Shown piece after piece: positions 11,422-23,964 of a stretch of 42,880 nucleotides of DNA. The DNA is from Polymyxa betae A26-41 (taxonomy: Eukaryota > Protista > Endomyxa: Phytomyxea), in NCBI GenBank assembly GCA_003693705.1, contig RBZT01000430.1, positions 1-42,880 on the forward strand, given 5' to 3'. The notes below the pieces were generated by a model. The model saw only the letters and a program-made list of their open reading frames with translations. It made no database searches and was not told where the DNA came from. Each line of letters opens with the position of its first letter. The stretch's first letter is position 1. The translations under genes were made by a program, and so were the position numbers.

Positions 11422-13658
11422 TTAGGAATTCGAGAGCCAATCAAAATCGGCGACCAACGGCAGATGATCAGATGGGAATCGGGGGCTTGGAAGTGCAGTA
11501 AATTCGTTGACAATTTCCTCTGTGGGCATGTCGAGACTTCCCAGGACACGAAGATGATTTTTGGTATAGAATATGTAATCCAATACACCAACGAAAGACC
11601 CAGTGAAATTCGTGAATCGAGGTTCATGTGGCCCATATGCTGACATTAGAGGTAATCTGTGTGTGACTGCTTCAGGTGGAGGTAAGACTTCGAAATCCGC
11701 TGCTATCTGGAAAACTTCATGATCTGGATGGACACGTTCCGTTTGAATCAGTTCATAAACTGGAGAATCCGGTTTCGAGTTGAAATCTCCACATAAAATC
11801 AGCGGCATGTTACGAGTCAAAACCAGCTTTTCCAATTCCTGGCAAAGGATGAATGTCTGCCATAATTTCACATCCTGCAGACCAATTAAAACATTATTAG
11901 TGTCAGCATACATATAACGATGTGTACCTCATAATCTGGATCCCAGAAAATGTGTGTGTTGGCAACACAAAGTCGACGTTTCCTTGGCCTTCTCTGAGCC
12001 GAACCGGTGACAGAAGATGAAGTCGGTGCCGAGGTGAGTTCCTCTAAGACAACCACCAGAGCCACATTTCCGCGAGATAATCGCCTTAAAGCCGCGCTGT
12101 TCCAAAATTTAGAAAACAAGATCGGGAGCGGTAAGCTGAAAGCAACCTTCTTCCATCCAAACGTTGTCGAGCCGCTTCATTGAACTCTATGGAATACTGT
12201 TCCATCAATGCGAAACGTTGCGTTCTATTTAGACAGATTAATACTACATGTTCAGAGGTCCCAAAGGAAGCGTTACCTGTAAAAGATGGCGCATCCATCC
12301 ATTGCATTGGTTTTACCCATAGCTTGCCTGGTTTTCATCTTGAAGATACCATCGTAGCCGAGCAACTTCAACTGCGGTTGAAAGAATCTGTGACAATATT
12401 ATTATAAGAGTAAGATTTATCGAGCAGCAATACTCTTCGAAATGATCTCCTTGGACTTCTTGGAGACAGAAGATATCAGCCGATTGCGTTTGCAGCTCTT
12501 TAAGGATCAAGTTCCGCCGATAATTCCATAACAGAGCCCATAGTGTGCAATAACTAAACGAGAAAGACATTGAACGCAGGATAGGTTTGAGAGCAGGAAC
12601 CATTACGGGAAAACTTGTCTTGTTGCATAAATAGAAGCAAGCGTATTATAGCAGCAGACTCGGAAAGCCGATTGTGTCGGGTTTCCATTATGATGATAAA
12701 CAAAGGGCCGAGGAGGAGCCGCCTCAGGTTCTGGCAGAACCGGGGATGTGGCTCTTGAGAGAGTCGTGATACAAGTTGATGGATCCAACTGCAATCGAAC
12801 CTGAGACAAAGTTCAGCCTCTTCGCCGTCTATATACAAACAGTGTCAACCTCCATTTGAATCATCCGACCAACATCATCAGCGCGGGGAATGTAGAATTT
12901 ATCGTTCGAAATGGCAGTCCAAATATTCTTCACAGGAGGCGGATAACGACGATTCAATCTGCAAACCTTTAAGCTACCAAAAGTTTTGGTATTATAATTA
13001 CCCCTGATAGTCGGATGATAATAGTTCTCCAATCTCAGCAGGGGATTCGGTCGGTTTCGAGGAAGTTGAAGACATGAACTTATCGTCAAGATCAACATCG
13101 TCTTGGTCCCTAATTAGCTCTGATTATTGACCGAAAGCGGGAGTCCAGAGAACCGAACCAGGGACGGTTACGTTCTTCCATTGACAATTTCTGAACGCGT
13201 GAGGCATGCATTTGACGATGAGCAGGCCAAGATTCGGCCCAGTGTTCCGCCGAACAGAAATACGATAAGTGGACAGGCAAATTACATTTCAGGCACATAA
13301 CACATTGGAACTTGGCGCCTCCATTACAATGGGTGACACTACAGATCCTTTGCTGTCCTCTTTGCCATTGAAACTGTAACCGGGAATCTTCGATATCAAC
13401 ATCAGCCGCCGTCTGCGACCCTTCTGGATCTTTGATCAGAACGTAAGGGCGAAGTTCACAGTTCTGAACAGGAGGGTTATGAAGAATCCTGGCCGATGTA
13501 ATCTGGACGCCATTAGTTATGGGTGCCGTCGTTTGAGGCAAGTTATTAGTCGCCAGAAGCTCAGCCTCGAGCTCGGCGGATGGATACAAATCGGGTCGGG
13601 GCGTGGTATAATATTCGCGACGCCCAACGCCGACCGAGTCGTCGCCATTGTTGACCAT
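11422..13658 (-). CDS. CCR4: CCR4-type EEP deadenylase with N-terminal MYND-like C6H2 zinc finger (plant CCR4a/b architecture)
   Basis: CVMCLKCNLPVHLSYFCSAEHWAESWPAH finger. EEP motifs YNTLA, CLQEVQ, DGCAIFY, VANTHIFWDP, CGDFNS, LDYIFY and PSDH are intact. Confidence 0.93.
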
Positions 13659-13865
13659 GGCGACGATGGCGGCAGGATGGGAAGCCTGGCTGGATAAACG
13701 ACGACGTGCCCAAGACAGATCAGATAGTACGAACGAGACGAAGACTTAGAGACAGATATACAGCACTTCTTTCTTCCACGCAGACTCCGATAATGCTCAA
13801 TGAAAGATGTTCTTAGTTCACTCTTAACTACGTCTTTATGGGAAGATTTTAACATCTATGACGAT

Positions 13866-14183
13866 CTAGCCATCTGGCTTCAGTTCTGATGTATTCATGA
13901 ATGGACAATGACATCTGCTGTCCAAGAAATGAAAAGGCTTTCTGCGGATTGGCATCACGACTGGGCCATCTTGGTCTGGAATATACTCGGATATGCTATT
14001 AGTCAATTTGTCGATCATATCAGCGACTAATTCACTGTTCCTGTCCACGATTGATTCTCGAATATTCCCTGACTGGGACGTTATCAAAAAAGAAAACTCA
14101 AATTGAAAATCCATAATTAGCTCACCAAGATCAGAATTCCCTATATACGTACACAGAACCAGGCGAGCGGTCGTCTCTTCCAT
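13866..14183 (-). CDS. Hypothetical 105-aa ORF between CCR4 and HDAC
   Basis: ATG-initiated ORF filling the intergenic gap. No motif recognised. Confidence 0.25.
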   Translation of the reverse strand: MEETTARLVLCTYIGNSDLGELIMDFQFEFSFLITSQSGNIRESIVDRNSELVADMIDKLTNSISEYIPDQDGPVVMPIRRKPFHFLDSRCHCPFMNTSELKPDG

Positions 14184-14376
14184 CCAAGTTATGCTGCTTA
14201 ACGGAAGCAGGAAAGGCAGAGCTCATGCTATTTGGAAAATATTTGAACGTTTTGTAAAAATATCTGAAGTCCGTGACGGTCCATTACAGCAAAGTGACGA
14301 TACCATAAAGAGAGCGTTTTAGTTGGCATCGCAGGCCAATAAGCTCGGGTGATTCTGAGGTCGCCTCATCGACGGC

Positions 14377-16115
14377 ATGGTCAAACGTGTCGCTTATTAT
14401 TACGACGGTCTGAGTTTTGCTGGTGAATACACCGGTGTTGCTGAACTTTACATCGGCAGATGAGGTTGGCAACTTTTACTATGGCCAAGGTCACCCGATG
14501 AAGCCTCATCGAATTCGCATGACCCATAATCTTTTATTAAATTATGGATTGTATAAAAAGATGGAGGTTTACGTAAGTTATTCCTGAAAAACAAATTTTG
14601 TTTTCTGTTAATCACTTTGCAGAGGCCTTATTTGATGTCCGAAGAAGAGATGACGATGTTCCACGCCGATGATTACATTCATTTCTTACAGCATGTTACG
14701 CCTGATACACAATCTGATTACACAAAAGAGCTAGTTCGATACAACTGCGATGTCGATTGCCCTGTCTTTGACGGCTTGTTCAAATTCTGCCAAATTTCGT
14801 CTGGCGGCTCTGTTGGAGGTGCTTATAAGCTCAACCATCAATCTGCAGATATCGTTGTAAACTGGGCTGGAGGTCTCCATCATGTATGCTAGATTGTTGC
14901 CTGCTCCCTTCTTCTAACGGCAGCTTAGGCAAAAAAAAGCGAAGCCAGTGGGTTCTGCTATGTAAACGACATTGTTCTAGCGATTCTCGAGCTGCTAAAA
15001 CACAAACAACGAGTCCTTTATATTGATATCGATATTCACCATGGAGACGGTGTTGAAGAGGCTTTCTACACAACAGATCGTGTAATGACACTCTCATTCC
15101 ACAAGTACATATTCTAGGCATAATTTTTCTTTCTTTAATTCTTATATTGCCAATAGGTACGGAGAGTTCTTTCCAGGCACTGGTTCGGTTAAAGATTGTG
15201 GCTACAAAGGTGGTAAAAACTACGCCTTGAACTTCCCTTTACATGATGGAATTGACGATGATACCTACGAGAATATCTTCAAGGTCTGGAAGCTTATTGA
15301 CTGACATTTGTATCTTAACCGATCGTCCAGCCGGTCGTTGCTAAAGTGATGGAAGTGTATCAACCTGAGGCGGTCGTCTTACAGTGCGGTGCTGATTCAC
15401 TTTCTGGAGATCGTCTTGGTTGTTTCAACCTGTCCATAAAAGGTTGCCATGTTCGCATTTTGTGAAACTTTATCCTCTCATTTCGTCATAATTTGCTGTG
15501 TTCAAACTGATCGTAGTTTCTAGGTCATGGTATATGCGTTGAGTACATGAAATCGTTCAATGTACCATTATTGGTGTTGGGCGGTGGTGGCTATACAATT
15601 CGTAATGTAGCTCGTTGCTGGGCTTATGAAACCGGTTTATGCCTAGATGAGGAACTAGATAATAAGGTCTGCAAATTTGGCATTGCTTATTGCTTTATAT
15701 TCCGACACCATAATTGAGCTGTTTGATAGTTGCCGTATAATGAATACTACGAATATTATGGCCCCAATTACACACTTCATTTAAACCCGACGAACATGGA
15801 AAATCAGGTTGGATTACTTCTCGCAATTGGTTGTAAGCCTTGCTTGATGGTCATTAGAATACACCAGAGTATCTTGAACGCCATAAGGTGACGCTGTTCG
15901 AATACCTTCGCGATATTGAGTCGGCTCCTTCGGTCCCGTTCCATGAAGCCGGACGCGATTTCGCTCCTGGGGGCACTGACGCTCCATCTCCAGATGAGAT
16001 GCACGAGGAAGATTACCCAGACGAAAGGGTATCGCCGTATCTCAGCGACGCCCAGACTGAACGTCCGAATGAATTCTACGATGCTCCATTCGACGGCAAC
16101 GCCTCGCTGATGTGA
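14377..16115 (+). CDS. HDAC1: Class I histone deacetylase (HDAC1/RPD3-like)
   Basis: [10 protein letters not shown]|[31 protein letters not shown]|[50 protein letters not shown]. Confidence 0.97.
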
Positions 16116-16418
16116 TGCGACCCTTCTTATTAATTGTCATTAGAAATGATTTAAAGAAATAGTACATTCTAACCTTTCAAGATTTTACTGCATTCAGTTT
16201 ATTTTCGTTTGATTCATGGCTTGATGACCTGATGAAGTCGACTGCGAAGCACAGGTCCAGCACGATCAGTCAGAGTCGGAATCGAGATTGTTCGCGATTA
16301 ACGGTTCGTCGCGGATGAATCGCAGCCAAGCCCAGTTTAAAGAACAATGATTTGTTCCAGATTCTCGCGTCGTTCGGTCGGCAACCAACTAATGAATCCG
16401 TCAGAGTAAATTGGGACG

Positions 16419-17168
16419 ATGTACGATCAGCAGGAGACATCTTCGACAGATGAAGCCACTCGGAGCCCGGTTGTTCCGAGCTTTAAAAACAGTGCTCGAA
16501 TCAGGTCACCAGACGGCTTGGTCATCGTTCCAATAACCCCACCAATACTTCATGGAAATTTCTCCCGTTGTCAATGCGCTAGATGTATGAAGGAGAATTC
16601 AGCAGCAGCCGTCATCTGGTCCATGAAATCGGCCTTCAGCAATTCGCCGATGACTCCCATCAGGAAAACACGGCGAAGAGAGTTTCGCTGCGTCTATTGT
16701 CAGAAAGTGTTTCATCAAAATAGCAATCTGGGTAGGCTTCAGGCGATTGGAGTTTGATTTAAACTGATTAGACCGAAATGCAGTAACACATGTTCGAACT
16801 CATACAGGCGAGAAGCCATTCCAATGCTCAAAATGCCCAAGGACATTCTCGCAGAAATCCAACTTGAAAGTAAGGTCGCCAAAACGAACGCCAAGTGGCG
16901 CCTGAATATGGTGTTGCAGAGACACGAACGTATTCACACGGGCTTAAAATTGTTTCATTGCTCGATTTGTGGTGCAGGGTCATCGAGAAAATCAACATTG
17001 CAAAGCCACTTGGTATTCTTATGATCTAATTGAGTCCGGAATAGCAATTTCTAATACTGACAATAGAGGACTGTACATAACCTGGCAGATTCTGAAATAA
17101 TATTGCGAAGCGCGCGTCGGAAAATCGACCCGTCTCTGAGCGATAATATGACCCTGGCTGCAGCCTAA
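16419..17168 (+). CDS. C2H2 zinc-finger transcription factor with 3 fingers
   Basis: [14 protein letters not shown]|[28 protein letters not shown]|[26 protein letters not shown]|RTVH. TAA at 17166-17168. Confidence 0.9.
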
Positions 17169-17265
17169 AACAGCATTTCATCTTGTTATTATTTATGTCA
17201 TTATGTAAATCAGACCAAGAATAAAGCATTCATGTATTTTTCCGAACCCGACATACTGCCCCCGT

Positions 17266-18875
17266 TCAGGAACTCTTTTTTCTCTCAATTGAGAGGTGAT
17301 GCCGTTCGGTGCGTTTTTTAGACAGTACTCGCATTGTGGCGATGCTATTACCAATTCCAAGCAGAATAATCAACAGGCCAATGAAAAGCATCTACCATGA
17401 TTTCAATGGATACCATTTGAGGAAACATACAGGAACGTACGTTCCAGAAGCCTTCGTTCCATTGGCGGCTTTTGACAAGAAGAGTGACTCCAGTAAACAA
17501 TTGCAACGCCTGAAAAATGTTAGGGATAGGATGTAATAAAACGGCAGCTTACATAGGTGATATACAGCAATGGGACCAGCATGGTCAGATCAGCAGGCTT
17601 TTCAACCAAAGTCTCAGGTGACGCGATATCAAGTTCTCCAGCCTTTCCCAGGCTTGTTCTGAGAAAGCCTTGAATGTCATACTAATGATACGAACGGAGA
17701 AGGAAACGAAAATCAATACAAAAATTGATGTGATGGGTCTGAAAAAACCAATAAACCTCAAAGAACAGATTACCTCACATAATGGCGACGATTCTGATAC
17801 TGAGCTTGCAGCATCATGATGATTGCTTGCCAGATCATAAGCGTTGCAAAATGCTGGATGAAGAACCGATCTAATTTCACACAATCAGGATACACAAAGG
17901 ATAGCAATGGGTTTCCAAACATCCGGGGCCATCAGGCCAGGTCAGGTTCACAATGCAGATAGCTGAAGCTATATAGTGATGGATAATCCACCAAGATTCA
18001 ATGCGGCTTCCATTGCAAAGCAACAGACTCTCCCGCAACGACAGCGATACGTAGTAATACAGAAGCCAGAGCTGGTGCAAGCTATGGAAAGTCACGGCCA
18101 GCTTCAGAAAATCAATACGAACTCACATCATGACAAACCGATTCGCACAGATAAACAGCTCGATGAGAGGAAACAGAAGGAATACCAAGTTCATGTTGGA
18201 TTTGTAGGTGTTGTATGCGTTTTTCATGGCAAATAGATCGGAGCGCTTCCAAACTTTATCATTAATGCTTATTAATGGGAATAATGCCGATACAAAATGA
18301 AATAAACGTAGATATAACTGGAGGTCCAATCGGGGACAAACTGATGATGCAAAATGGCAGCAAAATGAGTTAAACCGATCTCTTACTTTTGGTATTGGCT
18401 CCTTCGCCCAGGAAAAACCGCCAGCAGACCGTCCCTCGGCGTGGCTCGACCTGTTTTAGCCTCTCGATGCGCCGTCGGATCCCATTTAGACGAATGTCGT
18501 ATGCGAGGGCTTGCTCAGGGGATAAATGCGGCCTCAATTCTTGCTTCAGATTGAACAGATTCTTAGCGTCACTGGCCTGTTGCAGTTCGCCTGAGATAAT
18601 ATATGAATTCAGTGTCTGACGGCAAACCTGTCGTCGCCCTTCACTAGACAGAGCTTCAAGAGCGATGAAGTTTGCATTAAGCGACTCGAGAGCACCGGAG
18701 AGCTTCTTATCAAGTACCACCTGTGGTCGAAACTGATAGCATCAACAGCCTCCGATCTGGGGGCACTAACCTGGCCATTCTCGAAGTCGTTAAGAGCAGT
18801 GTCGAACATATGAACATCGTCATCCATGTTAGTATGAAGATCGTCATCCATGTTGGTATGCAGATCGTCATCCAT
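17266..18875 (-). CDS. TMEM120: TMEM120 (TMPIT/TACAN) family membrane protein
   Basis: N-terminal coiled coil, signature YYYVSLSLRESLLLCNGSRIESWWIIHHY, and several TM helices. Last exon MLFIGLLIILLGIGN...KKSS*. Confidence 0.88.
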
Positions 18876-19381
18876 GATGATATTCTAATAAGTGATTTAT
18901 ACTGCGGATATTTCAGAAGATGTCTTCAGTTAAATACCTTCCCACTTTAAGAGAGTTTCCTCAGTATTCAACAATAGTTCATCTTATCAGATTTAACTAA
19001 ATTGTCCCAATCTAGACAAATGCCTTAATTTTTGGTTTTAGATAGGCATGCTTTATTTTGAGGTTGTAAACTGCATTACCTAAACTTCGGCTCCTTAGAG
19101 AGTCACACTTTTTGGTCATTCGATTATGCTTCTTTCATGAAGAATTCGAAATTTCTCAGGCTCGTAAATCGTCTGGAATGGTTGGCTTATGGATCACAAT
19201 GGGGTGTGGGCGTACAGTCTTATCTCAACGTCAATCATTGAGGATTGCTAATGCACAATTCAACAAATCCAAATTCCCTTTTAATGGTACTTATTAAAGT
19301 TAGCAACGGCCGCCTCTCCAAGATTATTGGGATTGGTTGCGCGAATATGGGTTATGAGGCGTTAAATAAGCAAGTCAGGCA

Positions 19382-20929
19382 TTATAACTCGTCGTGACCC
19401 CAGAGCTTTGACGTCCCGCGATGAATAGTTTCCTTGAATCTATCGGTTAGGGACGGTGGTGCTTCACCAGCTTCAGAGATCTTTTGCTTCGCTGATTCAT
19501 AGGCATCTGCAACTTGGTCATAAGCATCCGACGCCTTCCCTTTTCCATATTCATAAGCTTGGCATCCTGTATCTTTTCCCTGTTCGTAAAGATCCGATGC
19601 TTTCTCTTTTCCAGACTCGTACGCCTCTCGACTTTGACCATACAAATCGGAGGCCTTCTGCTTTCCAGATTCAAATGCAGCTTGTGAAGTCTCTTTGCCT
19701 TTTTGATACAAATTTTGATCATTTTCTTGACCGTAATATCCCGTGTCATGCCCAACGAGATTGTCAAATTTACGTCGAGCCCGTGCCACCATTTGCTCAA
19801 CAGAATCAATTAAATCTTGCAGCTGTTCCACGTCAACGTCCTTAGCATCCGACGATTTCCTCGTTTCAGTGAATCCCGAGGCGCCCCGCTTAGCGGTGTC
19901 CTTTGCCTCAGAAAGCTTCTCTTTGGCGACGCCCTTGGTTTCAGAAAATTTCTTTTTAGCGGCGCCCTTGGTTTCAGAGAATTTTTCGTTAGCGACTCCC
20001 TTGGCTCCGGAAAGTTTCTCCGGAGCAGCTTCCTTTGCTTCAGAAAGTTTGTCAGCAGCTGATTGTGCAGCGTCTGAGACAGTGTCCTTTGCAGCCTTTG
20101 CCTTTTGGCCCGCTCCCGTAATCGTCTCCTCAACTCCTGTCTTAAAATCCGATGCCTTCTGCTGAATATGTTCATAACCTTCTTTCGCCGGTCGTGCCAA
20201 CTCTGCCGAACGACGTCTGGCGGATTCGATCTTTTCAGCCACATTTTCTTTGGCGTCGTCGTAAGCTCCGGTTACGCCTTCAAAAGTCTCTCCAGCTTTT
20301 TCCTTGACATTTTCGAAAGAATCAGACACCTGGTCTTTCGCTCCCTGAATGGCTTCAGAAGCAGCTTCCTTGGTGCCTTCCGCTTTGTGGAAGACTCTCT
20401 GTTTCGCTCTTCCGACAGCATCCGAAGCTCCTTCAATTGCCTGCGAGACCTTTTCTTTAGCTGTTTCATAGGCGCCATACGTCTTCTGTTTGGTCTGCTC
20501 GATACCACTGCGAACAGATTCTTTCGCTCCAGTTGCTAAGTCTTCGGTACGATCTTTAACGCCTGCGTATGCCTCAGACGCTTTGTCGTGAGCAATCTGA
20601 GAGCTCTCCTGGACTGATTCTTTCAGGCGGTCAGTGATTCCAGTCGCGCCTTCGATTGCCTCAGACGCTTTGTCGCTAGCAATCTGAGAGCCCTCCTGGA
20701 CCGATTCTTTCAGGCGTTCAGTGACTCCAGGTTCTTTGCCAAAAGCGGTGCCTTCGCAAAACGCTTTTCGCAATTTCGCGAAGTACGATGGGTCCTCAGG
20801 AGCAATCTTGTCTCCTGTACGATGTAACAATTCAGCAACCTGTTCTCTGCCCTGACGTAAGACCGAATCGCCTCTGACAATCGCCAGAGTCGACCCAACA
20901 AGTAGAACCAAGATGATAGTCTTCAACAT
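19382..20929 (-). CDS. Group 3 LEA-like hydrophilic protein with signal peptide and C-terminal HDEL (intronless, ~515 aa)
   Basis: ATG at 20929 (MLKTIILVLLVGSTLAIVRG). 11-mer repeats of type AKEKLSEAKDT, A/K/E/S-rich, ending GHDEL. Confidence 0.88.
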   Translation of the reverse strand: MLKTIILVLLVGSTLAIVRGDSVLRQGREQVAELLHRTGDKIAPEDPSYFAKLRKAFCEGTAFGKEPGVTERLKESVQEGSQIASDKASEAIEGATGITDRLKESVQESSQIAHDKASEAYAGVKDRTEDLATGAKESVRSGIEQTKQKTYGAYETAKEKVSQAIEGASDAVGRAKQRVFHKAEGTKEAASEAIQGAKDQVSDSFENVKEKAGETFEGVTGAYDDAKENVAEKIESARRRSAELARPAKEGYEHIQQKASDFKTGVEETITGAGQKAKAAKDTVSDAAQSAADKLSEAKEAAPEKLSGAKGVANEKFSETKGAAKKKFSETKGVAKEKLSEAKDTAKRGASGFTETRKSSDAKDVDVEQLQDLIDSVEQMVARARRKFDNLVGHDTGYYGQENDQNLYQKGKETSQAAFESGKQKASDLYGQSREAYESGKEKASDLYEQGKDTGCQAYEYGKGKASDAYDQVADAYESAKQKISEAGEAPPSLTDRFKETIHRGTSKLWGHDEL

Positions 20930-21237
20930 AATCAAATGTTAGAATGATTTCATATAAGATCAGTCTGTCCGTCTGTTCATCAGTTTTGAGTGGCGGCGCT
21001 TGGCGCCGGTAATCACCCACAATCGAACATTCCTCGCCGTTGAAAGATTGCTTGAAATGCGCGCGATTTTTCTCACAACAGTCTGGCTTAAGGTTTGTAA
21101 CATTCTCGACTGAGTAGTTCCGTTTATAAGCTTTGTATCGAGAATTTAGAATGGGAAAGGCACGAGCATTAAGAGTCTGACATCAGTGTATTTTATTGTC
21201 AAAGCCTAGCAATGCCAGAAGGCAGATACACCCAACA

Positions 21238-22338
21238 TCAAGTTAGATCAAGCTCCGCAAGGGATTCAAGTTTGTTCTTCTGAGCTTGGGCCAGCAGCGA
21301 CTTATGGAATGCTGATAAAGTCGACCTCGAATCGGCCTGGGTGACCGCTTTGTCCCATTTGTCGGGGTCGGCCTTATGAATAGCATCGAAGATGTCCTCG
21401 AGCAGCTTCCCGTTAACCGACTTTGCCCAGTTGTCGAAATAATCCTTATACTCGTCAAATACCGATTCTGCTTTATCAGTTGTCGAATCTCTCCAAGCCA
21501 GATGGCATAAAACACAATTAAATGCTGCCAATTCACCAGATGATCTTGTCGCTCCTAAAACGTGAGGATTGAGATGCTATTTTACAATCCAATAATGTTT
21601 CTATACCTTTTAAGCTCGCACTAATCACCTTCGAATAACTCTCAATAGCTTGTTCATATTGCTCAGATTTTGCACTGAACAAGGCCACCTGATAAAAAAA
21701 GTCAGCTGCGAGACGATGCCATACTTAAACAAACTTTGCCTTCAGTATCATATCGAGCTGATTTCTGACTGCATCTGCAGCTTCGTAACAATCAGCAGCA
21801 CGACGAAAAGCGTCGATAGCTATCTCCAGATCAAGATCTTCTTCTTCACAGAGTTCTCCCATAGCTTTATAATTATGTGCCGCCATCGAGAATGAATTCT
21901 CTTTTAAACATAATAACGCTGCTGATTTATAGGCATCAATCGCCTCTACAGATATTTAAGAATCAAGTGGATTTCAATAGAAAGGAATCACCTTCCGGCT
22001 TGCATTTTGCTAAACATTTGGCGCCTTCCTCGTAGTTCTTTCTAGCGTCTACCCAGTCATCGTTTGAAGACAATTCAAAGTTTTTGGCAGCGAGAAGATG
22101 TGTCTCTCCTGCTTCGTCCCCTGCAGAAATTTATTGCTGTATTGACCCGACAATGCCACAGTTTCGTACATAATTTGGCGACTCGATATTTATTAGCAGC
22201 ACGGGCGTACAGATCGGCTGCCTCGAGTTGACGCTTTGAAGCTGAGCTAAACAGATTAAATGACTTTAACTTTTTATCGGCATCGCGTCGTAAGCGATCC
22301 GCCTCCGGGCAGATAGCATCAACGTCGTCTCCCGGCAT
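21238..22338 (-). CDS. NAPA: Alpha-soluble NSF attachment protein (alpha-SNAP/Sec17)
   Basis: ADKKLKSFNLFSS...EAADLYARAANKYRVAKLW, helical repeats, and acidic C-terminus ...ELDLT with the conserved penultimate Leu. Confidence 0.88.
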
Positions 22339-22633
22339 GCTACAGCAATCACAGCGATTTCAGAACAGCTTAAGAAACCTTATAAATAAGGCACGCGCAT
22401 TATTAAGTCAAATGTGAGGATTCGTCCCAAAAATTCTCTGATTTACTGTTGACAAAGGCATCTTATCTACATTTAACAGCAGTATATTTGTAGGACAAGA
22501 AAATCAACAGTTTGTCGGCTGTCGTATGATGCAAGAAACTGTTCACTGGCTTGTTCAACACGGAATCGCTGAATTTAGAGTACTGAAGCCGTTCAATCTT
22601 CAAAGGAACGAATAAATAAAAAGAATAATAATA

Positions 22634-23366
22634 TTATGACTGGGTCTGAGTCTGAGATTGCATCTGTTCGCTGGGTTCTTGGGCGAGTTCAAAGAACTGG
22701 TCCAGAGCGGCGGTAGTAAACGTCCTAATTTGAGCGATTTCCATCATTGACACATTGTTTAGCTGATCAACGTGTCATAAAGTGGGAGACCTAACTTTCT
22801 TCTTATTGTACCTTGGCAAAACTGAATTCGGAAGAGAGCTGAGCCAGACCGGCACGGAGCTTCACAGATCTAATCGATTCCAAAACGTTTAAGGCAACTT
22901 TCACTTTGTTCAAATTCGGAAGGTCATCAGCTGCACTGTTCTAATGTCAGAAAGTGGCAATAACCCTTCCCAAGACCCTACTATCTGAACAGAAGCGAAG
23001 CAATTTCGAGCCAGTGTTCCGGAAGCGATTGTAATCCATCGTGATCTGATTTCTCAGCCTCGATTCGGTTGCTGATGTGACCAAGGTTTAGCCAATCCGG
23101 TGCCAAGATAATGCACTTTCGTGATCTCTTCAAATGCAAAGCGACCCAGAGTGGAACTGTCATCTTGAGATCTGGTTTGAAAGGCCCTAAGGCGCCCTGC
23201 AAAACCCATCACTATATAGCAATAGGGCCCATTGCCAACCAACATATGACATCAAATCGACGGCATCAAAGTTGAAATTGGGGACGATGTCAATAGAGCA
23301 GTCACCTGACAAGAACTCGATCTCGGCGTAGGACAATGTGGGTTCGGGATCGACACCAGGCGTCAT
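22634..23366 (-). CDS. PSF2: GINS complex subunit Psf2
   Basis: EIEFLSGDCSIDIVPNF, GPFKP...VPLWVALHLKRSRKCIILAPDWL, LNNVSMMEIAQIR. Confidence 0.93.
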
Positions 23367-23964
23367 TGCTGATTGAAATGAGAGCTCAACCGCAATACGT
23401 TGATAGGTAAGCAGCGCAGTATACAAAAGCATCGGAAACCTTCCCGATAATTCCGAGATATGGACTCGATCAAACAATTTTGGGACTTGACAATAATATG
23501 AAGGAAAATGAATGCTGTATAATGCATCGAAAATTCAGAAATCGTTTTTCTTTCTACCTAAATCAGCGAATGCGGATGCTGGCCCATCAAAGGATTCGAT
23601 CTGAAACTTTGCTGGTAAACCGAATCTGCAGCCACCGTCCAGGAGCTATGGTTCATGCAGCAACGCCCGAACAGAACATAAGCACAACTTGAATCACCTA
23701 TTTTAATTAGAACTGTATTTATAGATGTGGCAAAAATGCTCTTGTTTTTTATCCCAGACCTGACCTCCCAAAAAGCATGGAACATTAACAACATTCTACG
23801 GACAATTTAACTTGACCTGGGCTGGTCGCTCAGCCGCAGAAAATCATGGCGATGATGTAACAATAAAACAAAATGCGCGCAGTTTTCTCTCGTTTTGATC
23901 CGGATTGGCTCGGCCGACCTGGGCTGCCTGACCTTGAATGAATTCAAAGTGTAGTTTCATAACA

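Noticed and set aside
16226-16258. CTGATGA inside a GACCTG/CAGGTC stem (hammerhead or C-box-like); a similar motif near 35070
   Set aside because: Lacks the GAAA core and a proper stem II, and is too short for a C/D RNA.
19447-20539. Several long overlapping or antisense ORFs within the LEA gene
   Set aside because: Shadow frames of a repetitive, codon-biased CDS.
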